IMG/VR virus record: IMGVR_UViG_3300020036_004254
DNA from: a virus
Lineage: Duplodnaviria > Caudoviricetes
DNA length: 64,000 nucleotides
Strand: one strand, 5' to 3'
Below, piece by piece: positions 39,375 to 49,407 of the stretch; within the stretch, counting starts at the first letter, position 1; each line of letters starts with the position of its first letter. Both the position numbers and the translations under genes were made by a program. The notes below the pieces were generated by a model. That model was not told where the DNA came from. It saw only the letters and a list, made by a program, of their open reading frames with translations, and made no database searches.

Positions 39375-41026
39375 GTGTAACCGAACCAGTGGTAATGAGT
39401 GAGTTTGCCAAGAACATCATGGAGCAGAAGTATTCACACACACTTCCTGATGGGTCAAAGGAAACATGGGAAAACATTTCTTATCGTGCCGCCAAGCATG
39501 TGATGAAGGCGGTTGGTGCCGGAAAAGAGTTGACCAAACGTGCCGAAGCGTTGATTCGGCGTCGGGCGTTCATGCCCGGAGGTCGATATTTGTATGCAAG
39601 CGGTCGGGCATTCCACCAAACACAAAACTGTTTGTTGTTGAGAGCCGAGGATAGCCGCGAGGGATGGAGTCAGTTGATGCAGAAGGCAACCATGGCGTTG
39701 ATGACAGGCGCGGGTATTGGTATTGACTATTCTGACGTTCGGGCTGAAGGTAAGTTGATTCGTAAGACAGGTGGTGTTGCTACTGGCCCCATCGCACTTA
39801 TGCAAATGGTAAATGAAGCGGGTCGTGGTGTCATGCAGGGTGGGTCACGCCGCAGTGCGATTTGGGCGGGGTTGAACTGGAACCATGCAGACATTCATAA
39901 GTTCATCAGTCTCAAGAACTGGACCCCAGCGGTGCGTCAGTTGAAGGAAGCGGACTATAACTTCCCAGCGACGATGGACGGAACAAACATTTCTGTTATC
40001 CTTGACGATTTGTTCTTCAAGGCATATCGTGACGAGAAGCACAGTTTGCACAGTCACGCGCAGTCCGTCTATTGGGCGGTTATCGGACAGATGTTGAAGA
40101 CAGGAGAACCCGGGTTCTCAGTCAATCTTGGCGCGAACAGTCGGGAGTCGTTGCGGAATGCGTGTACCGAAGTGACCTCAGAAGATGATAGCGATATCTG
40201 CAATCTGGGAAGCATCAACATGGCCCAGATTAACAGTTTGGAAGAAATGCAGGAAGCCGTAGATACTGGCATTGCATATCTTTTGGCTGGCACGGTGTAC
40301 TCTGATGTACCATATGCCGAGGTAGATAAGATTCGTCAGAAGAATCGTCGCTTGGGTCTTGGTTTGATGGGGTTGCACGAGTGGCTATTGTTGCGCGGAA
40401 AGAAGTACGGTCCAGATGCCGAACTTCAGAAGTATTTGGAGATTTACGCCACCAGCACGGATATTGCAGAGAAGTACGCCAAGCAGTGGGATTTGAGTGT
40501 ACCTGTCAAGACCCGCGCCATCGCTCCAACCGGAACGATTGGTATCGTGGCGGAAACCACCACAGGCATGGAGCCTATCTTCTGTGCGGCGTACAAGCGT
40601 CGATATCGCAAGGGGACAGACATGATGGCGTACCAGTACGTCATTGACCCAACCGCTAAGAAACTAGTGGACAAGGGAGTGAACCCAGACCATATTGAAG
40701 ATGCCTACACCTTGGCAGAAGATGTGGAACGGCGTGTTGCGTTCCAAGCGTGGTTGCAGAAGTACGTGGACCATTCGATTTCATCCACTATCAATCTCCC
40801 AGAGTGGGGAAGTGAATTGAACAATACCAACACGGTGCAGAAGTTTGGGACCATGTTGATGAAGTATTTGCCAGAGTTGCGTGGTATTACCTGTTACCCA
40901 GACGGAGCGCGTGGTGGACAACCCTTGACTCCGGTGAAGTATTCAACCGCCATCAAGCACACTGGGGAAGTCTTTTACGAGGCAGTTGATGTATGTGACA
41001 TCACAAAAGCCGGGAGTTGTGGATGA
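39371..41026 (+). CDS. nrdJ: Ribonucleotide reductase, probably class II (B12-dependent)
   Basis: PGGRYL, QNC, RRSA, NACTE, CNLGS, APTGT, C-terminal Cys pair; no nrdB adjacent. Confidence 0.85.
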   Translation: MSVTEPVVMSEFAKNIMEQKYSHTLPDGSKETWENISYRAAKHVMKAVGAGKELTKRAEALIRRRAFMPGGRYLYASGRAFHQTQNCLLLRAEDSREGWSQLMQKATMALMTGAGIGIDYSDVRAEGKLIRKTGGVATGPIALMQMVNEAGRGVMQGGSRRSAIWAGLNWNHADIHKFISLKNWTPAVRQLKEADYNFPATMDGTNISVILDDLFFKAYRDEKHSLHSHAQSVYWAVIGQMLKTGEPGFSVNLGANSRESLRNACTEVTSEDDSDICNLGSINMAQINSLEEMQEAVDTGIAYLLAGTVYSDVPYAEVDKIRQKNRRLGLGLMGLHEWLLLRGKKYGPDAELQKYLEIYATSTDIAEKYAKQWDLSVPVKTRAIAPTGTIGIVAETTTGMEPIFCAAYKRRYRKGTDMMAYQYVIDPTAKKLVDKGVNPDHIEDAYTLAEDVERRVAFQAWLQKYVDHSISSTINLPEWGSELNNTNTVQKFGTMLMKYLPELRGITCYPDGARGGQPLTPVKYSTAIKHTGEVFYEAVDVCDITKAGSCG

Positions 41027-41301
41027 TTATCGTCAAACGATTTACCGCCGCGTGGTGTGCCCCATGTCGGATGCTTAAGCCAGTCATAGAAGAACTAGAA
41101 CAGGAATATCCTGATGTCAAGTTTGAAACTATTGATGTGGATGCTAACCTCAATCTTGCCGCAGAGTTTGAGGTCCGTTCAGTCCCCACCGTGTTGTTTC
41201 TCAACCAAGATTTAACCACCTTGCGTACTGTAATCGGGGCACACCCCAAGAAGTTTTACGCAGAGATTCTGAATGAACTTGTCCAACAGGAGAACACATG
41301 A
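41023..41301 (+). CDS. Thioredoxin
   Basis: WCAPC; VRSVPT. Confidence 0.92.
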   Translation: MIIVKRFTAAWCAPCRMLKPVIEELEQEYPDVKFETIDVDANLNLAAEFEVRSVPTVLFLNQDLTTLRTVIGAHPKKFYAEILNELVQQENT

Positions 41302-41459
41302 ACAAAAACATATATTGCGGACCTTGTGAGTTGGAGTTTCGCATCAAACATGACGCTGATGATGACATCTTTGTTCCAGAGTTTTGTCCATTTTGTGGAG
41401 CAAACCTAGACCTTGAAGAAGAATATGATGTGGACGATGTCGAAGAGGATGAGGAGTAA
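41298..41459 (+). CDS. 53-aa zinc-ribbon protein with acidic tail (not in ORF track)
   Basis: CGPC..CPFCG then D/E-rich; AGGAG RBS. Confidence 0.75.
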   Translation: MNKNIYCGPCELEFRIKHDADDDIFVPEFCPFCGANLDLEEEYDVDDVEEDEE

Positions 41460-41496
41460 GACTAGATAAATAGAGTGACCCCAACACGGACACTCT

Positions 41497-41901
41497 ATGT
41501 GGATATATGAAGGAAAGGAATTTGACGAAGTACCACCCAAGGTGATTGGATTTGTATACAACATTACCAACACCTTGGATGGTCGTCAGTACATTGGAAA
41601 GAAGCTGTTCAACTTCTCCACCAAGAAACCCCCCAAGAAGGGCAAGGTTCGAAAACGCCGCGTGACCAAAGAATCAGATTGGCGCGAATATTACGGGTCA
41701 AACGAAGAGTTGAATGCCGATGTGGAAAAACTTGGCAGAGAACATTTTACACGAGAAATACTCTATCTCTGCACAACCAAGGGGTGGTGTAACTACCACG
41801 AAGCTCGTTTGCAGTTTGAGTTTCGGGTGCTGGAAAACCGGGATAAATTCTACAACCAACAAATTCGGTGCCGCGTTCACCGGAGTCACTTGAAACAATA
41901 G
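41497..41901 (+). CDS. GIY-YIG endonuclease (EndoII/DenA-like)
   Basis: GFVY..QYIGKK, ESDWREYYGS, FYN. Confidence 0.85.
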   Translation: MWIYEGKEFDEVPPKVIGFVYNITNTLDGRQYIGKKLFNFSTKKPPKKGKVRKRRVTKESDWREYYGSNEELNADVEKLGREHFTREILYLCTTKGWCNYHEARLQFEFRVLENRDKFYNQQIRCRVHRSHLKQ

Positions 41902-41915
41902 GCACATGAACCCCC

Positions 41916-41944
41916 TTGACAAACGGGGTTGACTGGTGTACATT
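41916..41944 (+). promoter_or_regulatory. Sigma70-like promoter
   Basis: TTGACA-N17-TACATT. Confidence 0.75.
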
Positions 41945-41976
41945 CCCTTCATACCCGTGATAGGAGGATTTTGGAT

Positions 41977-42177
41977 ATGTTTGAACTTTGGCTTCGTATT
42001 GTTGTCTTTCTCCCATTTGCCATCGTTGGGTTTCTTTTTATTCTTGTGTCGGAAATAACAGAATATGTTGGAAACACAATTTCTAATTGGTCAGAAAAAC
42101 ATGGGCCGTTGGCAATAACCAATCGTCAACGGAAAAAACTTCAAGAGGAAATGCGTTATTATGACACAGAAAACTGA
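41977..42177 (+). CDS. Small membrane protein
   Basis: AGGAGG upstream; single TM. Confidence 0.55.
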   Translation: MFELWLRIVVFLPFAIVGFLFILVSEITEYVGNTISNWSEKHGPLAITNRQRKKLQEEMRYYDTEN

Positions 42178-42514
42178 TAGTATGTACGATGAAATGATTG
42201 TGAAGTTGAAAGATATTCTTCACAAGAATGTTGTGACCGTGCGATTTGTGAAAGAAAGTACAGGGGAAACCAGAGAAATGGTGTGTACCTTGGTAGAAAA
42301 GTATCTACCGGAGAAGAAAGCCCCGGCGAAGGATGCGCCAGTCAAGGCCCCGCGCAAGCAAAATCCCGATGTGTGCGTGGTGTTTGATTTACAGCGAGAG
42401 GAATGGCGGTCGTTCCGTTACGATTCGGTCATTGAATTCAGCACGATTGAGGGTGTCTATGTCCCAAAGACCCCGTCAAAGGTTGAGTTGGTGTTTACCC
42501 CAAACGAGGTATAA
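42161..42514 (+). CDS. WYL-like/SH3-fold (DUF2693-type) protein
   Basis: VRFVKESTGETREMVCT, FDLQREEWRSFR. Confidence 0.75.
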   Translation: MTQKTDSMYDEMIVKLKDILHKNVVTVRFVKESTGETREMVCTLVEKYLPEKKAPAKDAPVKAPRKQNPDVCVVFDLQREEWRSFRYDSVIEFSTIEGVYVPKTPSKVELVFTPNEV

Positions 42515-42519
42515 ACTCT

Positions 42520-43662
42520 GTGAAGGCTGTCAAGCTACATCATGTCGGTCCCTCTGCCGCTGAACGGGGGACCATTGGAGAAGAGCCAGATTGGACCCAA
42601 GAAAAGGTGACGAACTATTCATCGGCCTTGTCTAGGGGGTTGAACTGGTACAACTATATCTGTGACCACAAGAACTACACCAAGTTCTTGGCAGAGTGGA
42701 TTCAGACTAATCGCTCTGATACGGCCAAAAAAGATTTGTCGCGTTTGGACAAGCTTTCTGAGAAGGAAGTGAATGCCACAACCGCCATCTTTGCCAGAAT
42801 GCATCTGAAGGGATTCCCCCTGAGCGAAGGACATCAAGAGATTATCACAGATTATGTGAATGGTCTGAAGCGTCTGGACAAGGTCAAGTCTGAATCGTCT
42901 GACGAACCAAAGGGTCCGTCAGTACAAGACCGGATGCGCCAACAGGTGTCTGGGGCCTTGTCAGAAATCGATGTGGCGGTGGACAACTTCTTGGTTGATA
43001 ACATTAAAGTAGACTTCGACAAGTTGCGCGATGTTATTTTCAACCCGCTCTTCAAGGGTCCGCACCACGCCATTATCGAAAAACACCTGAAGCGGTACAT
43101 TGCGGAATGGCAAGAGGCTGTGGACGCCATGAACGGGAATTTCAGGAACCCAGATTCTAATCAGTTGGCGGAAGGGTACGCCTACACGGGTGGACCCAAG
43201 TTCATGAACAATCTTATCACCAAGTTCTCTGCTCTACGAAACACCTTGACCACGGAAGGTGCCAAGGTCAAGATGCAACGGATTCGGAAGAAGAAGCCTG
43301 TGGATAAGAAGAAGATGGTGTCCAAGATGAAGTTCCTCAAGGAGTGTAAGGAACTGGGCTTGACAAGCGTCAATCCCGCTGATATCATTGGAGCCACCAC
43401 CCTCTGGGTCTATGACTGCAAGAAGCGCAAGCTTGGAATGTTTGAAGGGGAGTTCTCAGGAAGTTTGCATGTCAAGGGGACAACCATCCTTGGAGTCAAG
43501 CCCTCATTCCAGAAGACCCTGCGAAAGCCAGACCAACAGATGGCTGAGTTCATTAAGCTCAGGAAAAACCAGACCGCCAACTTCTTTGGCGCAATCAAGG
43601 CCAAGCCCCAAGAAATGACGGGCCGAACCAACACTGATTTGATTCTGGTTAGAGTGGACTGA
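42520..43662 (+). CDS. Conserved T4-like hypothetical protein
   Basis: LNWYNY; SVNPADIIGA, VKGTTI, KTLRKP, GRTN. Confidence 0.7.
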   Translation: MKAVKLHHVGPSAAERGTIGEEPDWTQEKVTNYSSALSRGLNWYNYICDHKNYTKFLAEWIQTNRSDTAKKDLSRLDKLSEKEVNATTAIFARMHLKGFPLSEGHQEIITDYVNGLKRLDKVKSESSDEPKGPSVQDRMRQQVSGALSEIDVAVDNFLVDNIKVDFDKLRDVIFNPLFKGPHHAIIEKHLKRYIAEWQEAVDAMNGNFRNPDSNQLAEGYAYTGGPKFMNNLITKFSALRNTLTTEGAKVKMQRIRKKKPVDKKKMVSKMKFLKECKELGLTSVNPADIIGATTLWVYDCKKRKLGMFEGEFSGSLHVKGTTILGVKPSFQKTLRKPDQQMAEFIKLRKNQTANFFGAIKAKPQEMTGRTNTDLILVRVD

Positions 43663-43687
43663 TAAAATACCTTATAAAGGAGACAAT

Positions 43688-43939
43688 ATGAAAAAATATG
43701 TGGTCAGACGTACTAGTGGAAATAGGTACTTGGTAACTGATGGTGATAAGAAAAGTTTTTATGGTCCTTGGGGTTCAAATGATGTCAACGAGGCCACCAA
43801 ATACGATAGCCATCATGAGGCCATGGTAAGTCTTTTTCAAACATATGAAAATAGGTGTAGTCGTATCAAAGATGAAACTGGGCTTGAAATTGTTCAAGTT
43901 CGAGAGATATCAAACCCGCGATGGGAAGTGGTGGAATGA
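43688..43939 (+). CDS. Hypothetical protein
   Basis: AAGGAG RBS. Confidence 0.65.
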   Translation: MKKYVVRRTSGNRYLVTDGDKKSFYGPWGSNDVNEATKYDSHHEAMVSLFQTYENRCSRIKDETGLEIVQVREISNPRWEVVE

Positions 43940-44832
43940 TAATTGTCGATTACAGCCAGATTGCTATCAGCACATTGATGGCGGAATTAGCAGGACGCAA
44001 GGATGTTCCCATCAGCGTTCCGTTGGTGCGGCACATGCTGGTCAACGCCATGCGGTCGTTCAAGTATCGATTTGGACGCACCTATGGACAGTTGGTGATT
44101 GCCTGTGACGACCGTCGTTACTGGCGTAAGGAAATCTTTGAACACTACAAGGCCAGTCGAAAAAAGGCGCGTGAAGATTCAGGGTTTGATTGGCAATCCA
44201 TTTTCGAAGCCTTGAATATGGTCAAGCAAGAATTGTCGGAACACTTCCCCTATCCGGTGATTGAAGTGTCTCGTGCTGAAGCTGACGATGTCATTGCGTC
44301 ACTGGTTTTCTGGTCGCAGAATAATGATTTGGTTGGTGGTGGTATTCTTGAGGATGCCCAACCACAACCCATCTTGATTCTTTCACAGGACCACGATTTC
44401 CAACAGTTGCAGATGTACCACAATGTGGAACAATACGCCCCGGTGGAAAAGAAGTTCATCAAAAACGAGAACCCCAATCTATTCCTTGTGGAGCATATCC
44501 TGCGAGGGGATAAGGGTGACGGGATTCCTAACTTCCTCAGTCCCGCTGAAACCTTTGTCACAGAAGGAATGCGACAGAAGAATTTGGGAGCCAAGGCTGA
44601 TGTCTGGAAGCACCTTTCCAAGGATGAGTACTTGACAACACCTGAGTTGAAGGCTAACTTTGAAAGGAATGAGCGATTGGTGGACCTCCGGTGTATCCCC
44701 CAAGAGATTCAGGACGCTGTCATCGATTCGTACACGAAACAGGTGGCCCTTAGAAAGGACCGCTCCAAATTGCTCGACTACTTTGTGAAGTACCAGATGC
44801 CTAACATGATGGAGCATTTAAATGAATTCTAG
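43936..44832 (+). CDS. rnh: T4-type RNase H (5'-3' exonuclease)
   Basis: IIVDYSQ, YWRK..YKASR, EADD, SQDHDF, GDKGDGIPN. Confidence 0.94.
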   Translation: MIIVDYSQIAISTLMAELAGRKDVPISVPLVRHMLVNAMRSFKYRFGRTYGQLVIACDDRRYWRKEIFEHYKASRKKAREDSGFDWQSIFEALNMVKQELSEHFPYPVIEVSRAEADDVIASLVFWSQNNDLVGGGILEDAQPQPILILSQDHDFQQLQMYHNVEQYAPVEKKFIKNENPNLFLVEHILRGDKGDGIPNFLSPAETFVTEGMRQKNLGAKADVWKHLSKDEYLTTPELKANFERNERLVDLRCIPQEIQDAVIDSYTKQVALRKDRSKLLDYFVKYQMPNMMEHLNEF

Positions 44833-45042
44833 AAACAATAAAATCACCTAGCTAAACCATGATAATTTCAATTTCGAAAATAGATGATATGGTTGGTGTA
44901 TTGTCCCTCGTAATAGAAAGTCGTGATGATAGAAATTCAGAACGGGAAATCGTTTCTCTAAAACGCGCTGTTGACGCTTTGTCAGATTACATTAAATATA
45001 AAAACGAAACTAGACAAACTCACATTATGGGGGATGTATAAC

Positions 45043-46149
45043 ATGGAAATCGTTCGCTCTTCACAAGTTCTTGTATCCAAGGCCAGCACTGGTCTTGATA
45101 AATTCTGGCAAGGTCATATCGTCACAGACGGTAAGGATTACTTTCTGACTTCTTCTAGCTGGCGCGAGTTGGCTGGTGGGGGAACGAGTAAGGTGGTGGA
45201 GTCCGTTCCGTACTTGGTGACCGTCAAGAACGTGGGGAAGATTAACGAGACAGACCCGCTGGAACAGGCCGAGTCGGAGTTTGATTCCATGGTCAAGAAG
45301 CAGATGGACTCGAAGAACTATCTTCCCAAGGGCACCAAGGCGTCAGCCAAGAAGCTTCCACTTCCGATGTTGGCCCAGAAGTACCGGGACAAGAGCCACA
45401 AGATTCAGTGGCCAGCATTTATCCAAAGAAAATATGATGGAAATAGGATGATTTTCAATGGCGAAAATGCCCAGACTCGCGGGGGCAAACCATTCCTTGA
45501 CGGTGTCATCAAGCACTTGAAGTTTGACACAAAGGGATATATTCTCGACGGAGAGTTGATGTTGCCGGGGAATGTTCCTCTGCAAACGACAATGAAGGCG
45601 GTGAAAAAAGTATGTGAAGAGTCTAAGACGCTCGTTTACTGTGTTTATGATATTGTAGACGAATCGCTGACGTTTGAAGACCGTTATAGAACCCTCAAAG
45701 AATTGCTCAAATCTGCTCCGAAGAGTGTCGTATCTGTTGAAACTGTGGTGGTCAAATCGGAATCAGAAATGCAAGCCAAACACGAAGAGTGGGTTCTTGA
45801 GGGGTTCGAGGGAACTATTATTCGAAATGGAAGCGGAAAATACGCCATCAATCAACGGTCGGAAAACCTTCAGAAACACAAAGACTTCCTTGACCAAGAA
45901 TATGAAATTGTTGGGGTTAAATCTGGCGAGGGCTTATATTCTGATTGTGCTATTTTCCGTTGTGTGACTGAAGATGGTGAAGAGTTTGATTCCAACCCCG
46001 AAGGTACATTGGAATACAAGAGAGAAATCTTCCGTAACAAGGGAAGTTATATCGGAAAGTGGTTGACAGTGAGATTTTTCTCGAAAAGTTTGTCTGGAAA
46101 GCCGCTCATGAATGTTGGTGTCGCTGTGCGAGATAAGGAAGAATTCTAG
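45043..46149 (+). CDS. ATP-dependent DNA ligase
   Basis: KYDGNR, LDGEL, YDI, EGTIIR, KHK motifs. Confidence 0.92.
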   Translation: MEIVRSSQVLVSKASTGLDKFWQGHIVTDGKDYFLTSSSWRELAGGGTSKVVESVPYLVTVKNVGKINETDPLEQAESEFDSMVKKQMDSKNYLPKGTKASAKKLPLPMLAQKYRDKSHKIQWPAFIQRKYDGNRMIFNGENAQTRGGKPFLDGVIKHLKFDTKGYILDGELMLPGNVPLQTTMKAVKKVCEESKTLVYCVYDIVDESLTFEDRYRTLKELLKSAPKSVVSVETVVVKSESEMQAKHEEWVLEGFEGTIIRNGSGKYAINQRSENLQKHKDFLDQEYEIVGVKSGEGLYSDCAIFRCVTEDGEEFDSNPEGTLEYKREIFRNKGSYIGKWLTVRFFSKSLSGKPLMNVGVAVRDKEEF

Positions 46150-46211
46150 GACTTTACTTGTTTCAGAGCTTGTTGGATGTATAAATACACATACACCGAC
46201 AAGGAGAGTAT

Positions 46212-46907
46212 ATGCCAAAGGGAATTTCGGGACGAGAAACCAAAACAACTTGTGTTGAATATTGGGTGACCAAGGGATACAGTAGAGAGAATGCAGAAGA
46301 TGCGTTGAGAGAACATCAGCGCAAAAATGTTTCGAAAGTCAAAAAGGCTTCTGAGGAAAATCAAAAATCAAAAATCACCCTAAATCAAACATTTGGAAAG
46401 TGGGTAGTCAAAACCCTTGACTTCAAAAGCGGAGAACAATTAGGGCTTATTGGAAAACAGTCAACGTGGTTTGTTCAAGTAACATGTGTTTGTGGGTTTG
46501 AGAAGCATGTGGCCATAAGAAGCCTCGTATCTGGACGAAGCAATGGGTGTAAAACGTGTGTCAAAGCTCGCGGAGAATCCCATTCAAAATGGAACGGGTA
46601 TAAAGATTTGTCTGGTCGTTATTACGGTCAAGTGAAAGAACACGCAAAACGAGCTAAAAGAACGTTTAATATATCGAAGAAGTTCATGTACGATTTGTTT
46701 GAAAAGCAGAATCGTTGTTGTGCTTTGTCGGGTATTGCGTTAACGTGGGGCGATGCTTCGTTGGACCGAATTGACAGCACTGTGGGATACGAAAAGCATA
46801 ATGTCCAGTGGGTTCATAAAAAGCTCAATCAGATGAAGTCAGATACACCAATAAACGAATTTCTTGATTGGTGTGTTAAAGTTTCAAACTTTCAACAGAG
46901 TGTATAA
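46212..46907 (+). CDS. Putative free-standing HNH-like homing endonuclease
   Basis: CALSG..SLDRIDSTVGY..NVQWVHKKLNQMK; own TATAAATA at 46180. Confidence 0.75.
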   Translation: MPKGISGRETKTTCVEYWVTKGYSRENAEDALREHQRKNVSKVKKASEENQKSKITLNQTFGKWVVKTLDFKSGEQLGLIGKQSTWFVQVTCVCGFEKHVAIRSLVSGRSNGCKTCVKARGESHSKWNGYKDLSGRYYGQVKEHAKRAKRTFNISKKFMYDLFEKQNRCCALSGIALTWGDASLDRIDSTVGYEKHNVQWVHKKLNQMKSDTPINEFLDWCVKVSNFQQSV

Positions 46908-47419
46908 TGGCAATAACAAACATTGGTGACATCCGAAGAAAGCTTGATGCGTGTATTGCGGGTCGTAATGCCACGGATGCGGCAGTGCGGGTATATCAGG
47001 ACGCCAAGATTTTGGTCAATGATGCATTAGACGCTCTTACCACGGCAGAACAGGTATTGACCGATGCGGCGGCGGCGGCAGAGGCGGCTTTGGACACCAA
47101 GGTGGCGGCAGTTGTTGCGTTAGAAACGGGGATGGAAGGGTTGCTTGACTCTATTCAAAACGCCAAACGCCTCAAGAAAGGAAATGCGTTGGACACCTGT
47201 ATTGCTATTCGTGAGGCGATTAATGATACGGCGCAAACTGTTGACCGTTTGAAACGGCAAGCGGAATCTGCCGCTGAACTATCTAGCATTGCAGATGCGG
47301 CGGTGCAAACCGCTGAATCCGCTTGGTTGGAACGAGTTCGTGTGTATGATAATGCGGTGGCGACAGTGGAAAGTGCCAGAAACGCGGCCATTGAAGCCGC
47401 AAAAATCTTAGGTGTGTAA
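46907..47419 (+). CDS. Ala-rich coiled-coil protein
   Basis: Coupled ORF with heptad pattern. Confidence 0.65.
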   Translation: MAITNIGDIRRKLDACIAGRNATDAAVRVYQDAKILVNDALDALTTAEQVLTDAAAAAEAALDTKVAAVVALETGMEGLLDSIQNAKRLKKGNALDTCIAIREAINDTAQTVDRLKRQAESAAELSSIADAAVQTAESAWLERVRVYDNAVATVESARNAAIEAAKILGV

Positions 47420-47424
47420 ATATA

Positions 47425-47739
47425 ATGACAGAATCACTTCCCTTCTCATGGAGTGTATTTTGGTCGGGGGTTGCGGATATGGCTGGTGCCAGCTATATTC
47501 TACCAGTCCTGTGTTTTGCGGCGGCATTTGCTACGGATTGGTGTTGGACAAAATACATCAAGCGAGCGGGTGAAGGGGCGGCATTTCCTGCGGCGGCGTG
47601 GAGTATGGCTATCTACATCCTCTCTTCTCTGAATGTTCTGGCTTACACAAAGAACCCATGGCTCTTGGGTCCAATGATTGTAGGATATTTCTTTGGCACA
47701 TATTATGCAGTAAAACATGACAAAAAGGAGAAGGTATGA
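47425..47739 (+). CDS. Small multi-TM membrane protein
   Basis: Three hydrophobic helices. Confidence 0.7.
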   Translation: MTESLPFSWSVFWSGVADMAGASYILPVLCFAAAFATDWCWTKYIKRAGEGAAFPAAAWSMAIYILSSLNVLAYTKNPWLLGPMIVGYFFGTYYAVKHDKKEKV

Positions 47740-48110
47740 GTGCAAAACAGGAAATGATTGATGCGGTAAACAAATTTCGAAATCATTTGATGGCAGAATC
47801 AACCTCGTTCCGTTCAATGACACATGATAATGTACTGCGGAGCTTGCATTCTGCGAGACGGGTTGGTAATACTTCTACGCTCGCTGGTGTTCTCAAGATA
47901 AATCCAAATGCTACACTCTTGGTTGGCAATCGAAGAATGGTTGATGACGTAACAAAAACTCACGGCATTTGTACAACTAGGGTACACAGCGCAGAATCAT
48001 TTTCTCAAAACCCCGGATTTCTCTATTGGGTTAATGGTCCCGTGCTGTTTGATACAACCGCAATAGAAACAATTTTACATAACATCAGGAATGAGGTTCA
48101 AAATGGCTAA
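47736..48110 (+). CDS. Hypothetical protein
   Basis: Coupled ORF; RRVGNTS resembles a degenerate P-loop. Confidence 0.6.
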   Translation: MSAKQEMIDAVNKFRNHLMAESTSFRSMTHDNVLRSLHSARRVGNTSTLAGVLKINPNATLLVGNRRMVDDVTKTHGICTTRVHSAESFSQNPGFLYWVNGPVLFDTTAIETILHNIRNEVQNG

Positions 48111-48711
48111 GTTACAGGTAAATGAAATTCTTGACAGAGTTTCCGCATTAGATGACATGGATTTAAAGATTAAAGCCATGGATGACATGTGCAAGAAGGA
48201 ACCGTATTTGTGGTCATTGCTCAAGATGGCTGTCAACCCGGACTATAAGATTGACCGTCTTCCACCCGGATTGCCAGAACGGTTTAAGCCAGAGCCAGAT
48301 TTGCCGTCTAGTATTTCTGATACCAACATTCGAACCGAATTCCGTCGGATTCAGAATTACGTAAAGGGTGGTGCTTTAAAGGTTATTGACGAAAAGAAGT
48401 TGTTGGATAGCTGGACTGCCCTGTTACAGGGTTTGCACTATCAGGAAGCCCTGATTTTGACCATGGTAAAGGACCAAAATCTTTTGGAAAAATATCCTGA
48501 TTTTTGGGTCATTTGTCCCGCTCTAGGGATTGAAACGTGTATAAATACAGATGAGGAAACTGGCGACCCAGCCTCGGCTTTGAAGTCCGTTGACCCAGAC
48601 ACGAAGTCCGCTGAAACCGTCACCGGAAGTCCTGTCCCACCAAGCGTGGATACAGTTACGGAACCGCCCAAAGCGAGTCCAGCCAAAACCAAGAAAGGAA
48701 AAGAGAAATGA
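48103..48711 (+). CDS. Conserved T4-like hypothetical protein
   Basis: VNEIL.., LPPG.P, LLQGLHYQEA..KD. Confidence 0.7.
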   Translation: MAKLQVNEILDRVSALDDMDLKIKAMDDMCKKEPYLWSLLKMAVNPDYKIDRLPPGLPERFKPEPDLPSSISDTNIRTEFRRIQNYVKGGALKVIDEKKLLDSWTALLQGLHYQEALILTMVKDQNLLEKYPDFWVICPALGIETCINTDEETGDPASALKSVDPDTKSAETVTGSPVPPSVDTVTEPPKASPAKTKKGKEK

Positions 48712-48877
48712 TTAGAACACATTTTATACTCTGGACAGAACGGAAATCTGAAGTGACCAAGTCGTCACTTGAGAGCAAGTCTGGTACACAAGGTTCAAGT
48801 TTCTAGTCAGGTTTCCGGTGTTTCTTCGGCCCCTTTCTGGTTACCAAACTGGAAAGGGGCTTCAGATTTTAGGGGGC

Positions 48878-48906
48878 TTGACAAACGCAGGAAGGGGGTG
48901 TAAGAT
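48878..48906 (+). promoter_or_regulatory. Sigma70-like promoter at the start of the RNA island
   Basis: TTGACA-N17-TAAGAT. Confidence 0.75.
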
Positions 48907-48931
48907 ATGGGTAACACTCTCTGGGGGTAAT

Positions 48932-49087
48932 GTGGAATACAGCGAAATGATTGAGCGATTGCACCATGTGCTAGCGAGGTTGGATGGCGAGACACGCAAG
49001 TTCTCCGAGGGTGAAGTGAAGAGACAGTTTTTGAAAGATTTAGACGCGGTAGAATGGGCCATCAAGATTGTAGAAGAGAATCAGTAG
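48932..49087 (+). CDS. Hypothetical protein
   Basis: GTG start after GGGGG RBS. Confidence 0.45.
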   Translation: MEYSEMIERLHHVLARLDGETRKFSEGEVKRQFLKDLDAVEWAIKIVEENQ

Positions 49088-49093
49088 TATCAC

Positions 49094-49168
49094 GGGAGGT
49101 TCGCCTAGCGGCTATGGCACTTGTCCTACACACAAGTATAACCGTGGGTTCGAGTCCCACACTTCCCA
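49094..49168 (+). tRNA. tRNA-Val(TAC), C33
   Basis: GGGAGGT/ACTTCCC acceptor; CTTGT-ccTACac-ACAAG; TTCGA T-loop. Confidence 0.88.
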
Positions 49169-49170
49169 TT

Positions 49171-49313
49171 TGGTTCGATACACCAGCCTCGCCAGAGGCG
49201 TGAATGCAGATGACGTACCCGTGTCCTGTCGCTAACGGCGAAATCTAGTACTGCATTCTGTAAGGGAGCGTTATCGACGTAAGGAACCACACGCTGACAT
49301 GGGTGGTTCGCCA
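49171..49313 (+). ncRNA. Candidate pseudoknotted ncRNA
   Basis: GAATGCAG/CTGCATTC, GAACCAC/GTGGTTC, ACCCGTGTC/GACATGGGT pairings. Confidence 0.5.
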
Positions 49314-49317
49314 ATTT

Positions 49318-49400
49318 GGAGAGTACCGCGAAACGGTTTGCAAGTGGACTTGAAATCCATGGACACCGCAAGGTGTGGGGTTCGATTCCTCTACTCTCCT
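49318..49400 (+). tRNA. tRNA-Ser(TGA)
   Basis: GGAGAGT/ACTCTCC; GTGGA-ctTGAaa-TCCAT; long variable arm. Confidence 0.88.
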
Positions 49401-49407
49401 CTGAAGG

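Noticed and set aside
22865-41026. Inteins or introns in gp43, gp41, primase or nrdJ
   Set aside because: Lengths are normal and motifs contiguous; no intein splice motifs seen
605-48722. Long antisense and alternative-frame ORFs in the track (e.g. 3329-3931, 10053-10700, 19732-20340, 31502-32029)
   Set aside because: Shadows of well-supported + strand genes; no RBS or recognisable motifs
48744-48869. Additional ncRNA closed by AAATCTGAAG/CTTCAGATTT
   Set aside because: Also explained by a 32-codon ORF plus a terminator-like GCCCCTTTC/GAAAGGGGC hairpin; not enough support
49200-49290. 23S peptidyl-transferase-centre fragments
   Set aside because: Only short gapped resemblances, not distinguishable from chance by eye
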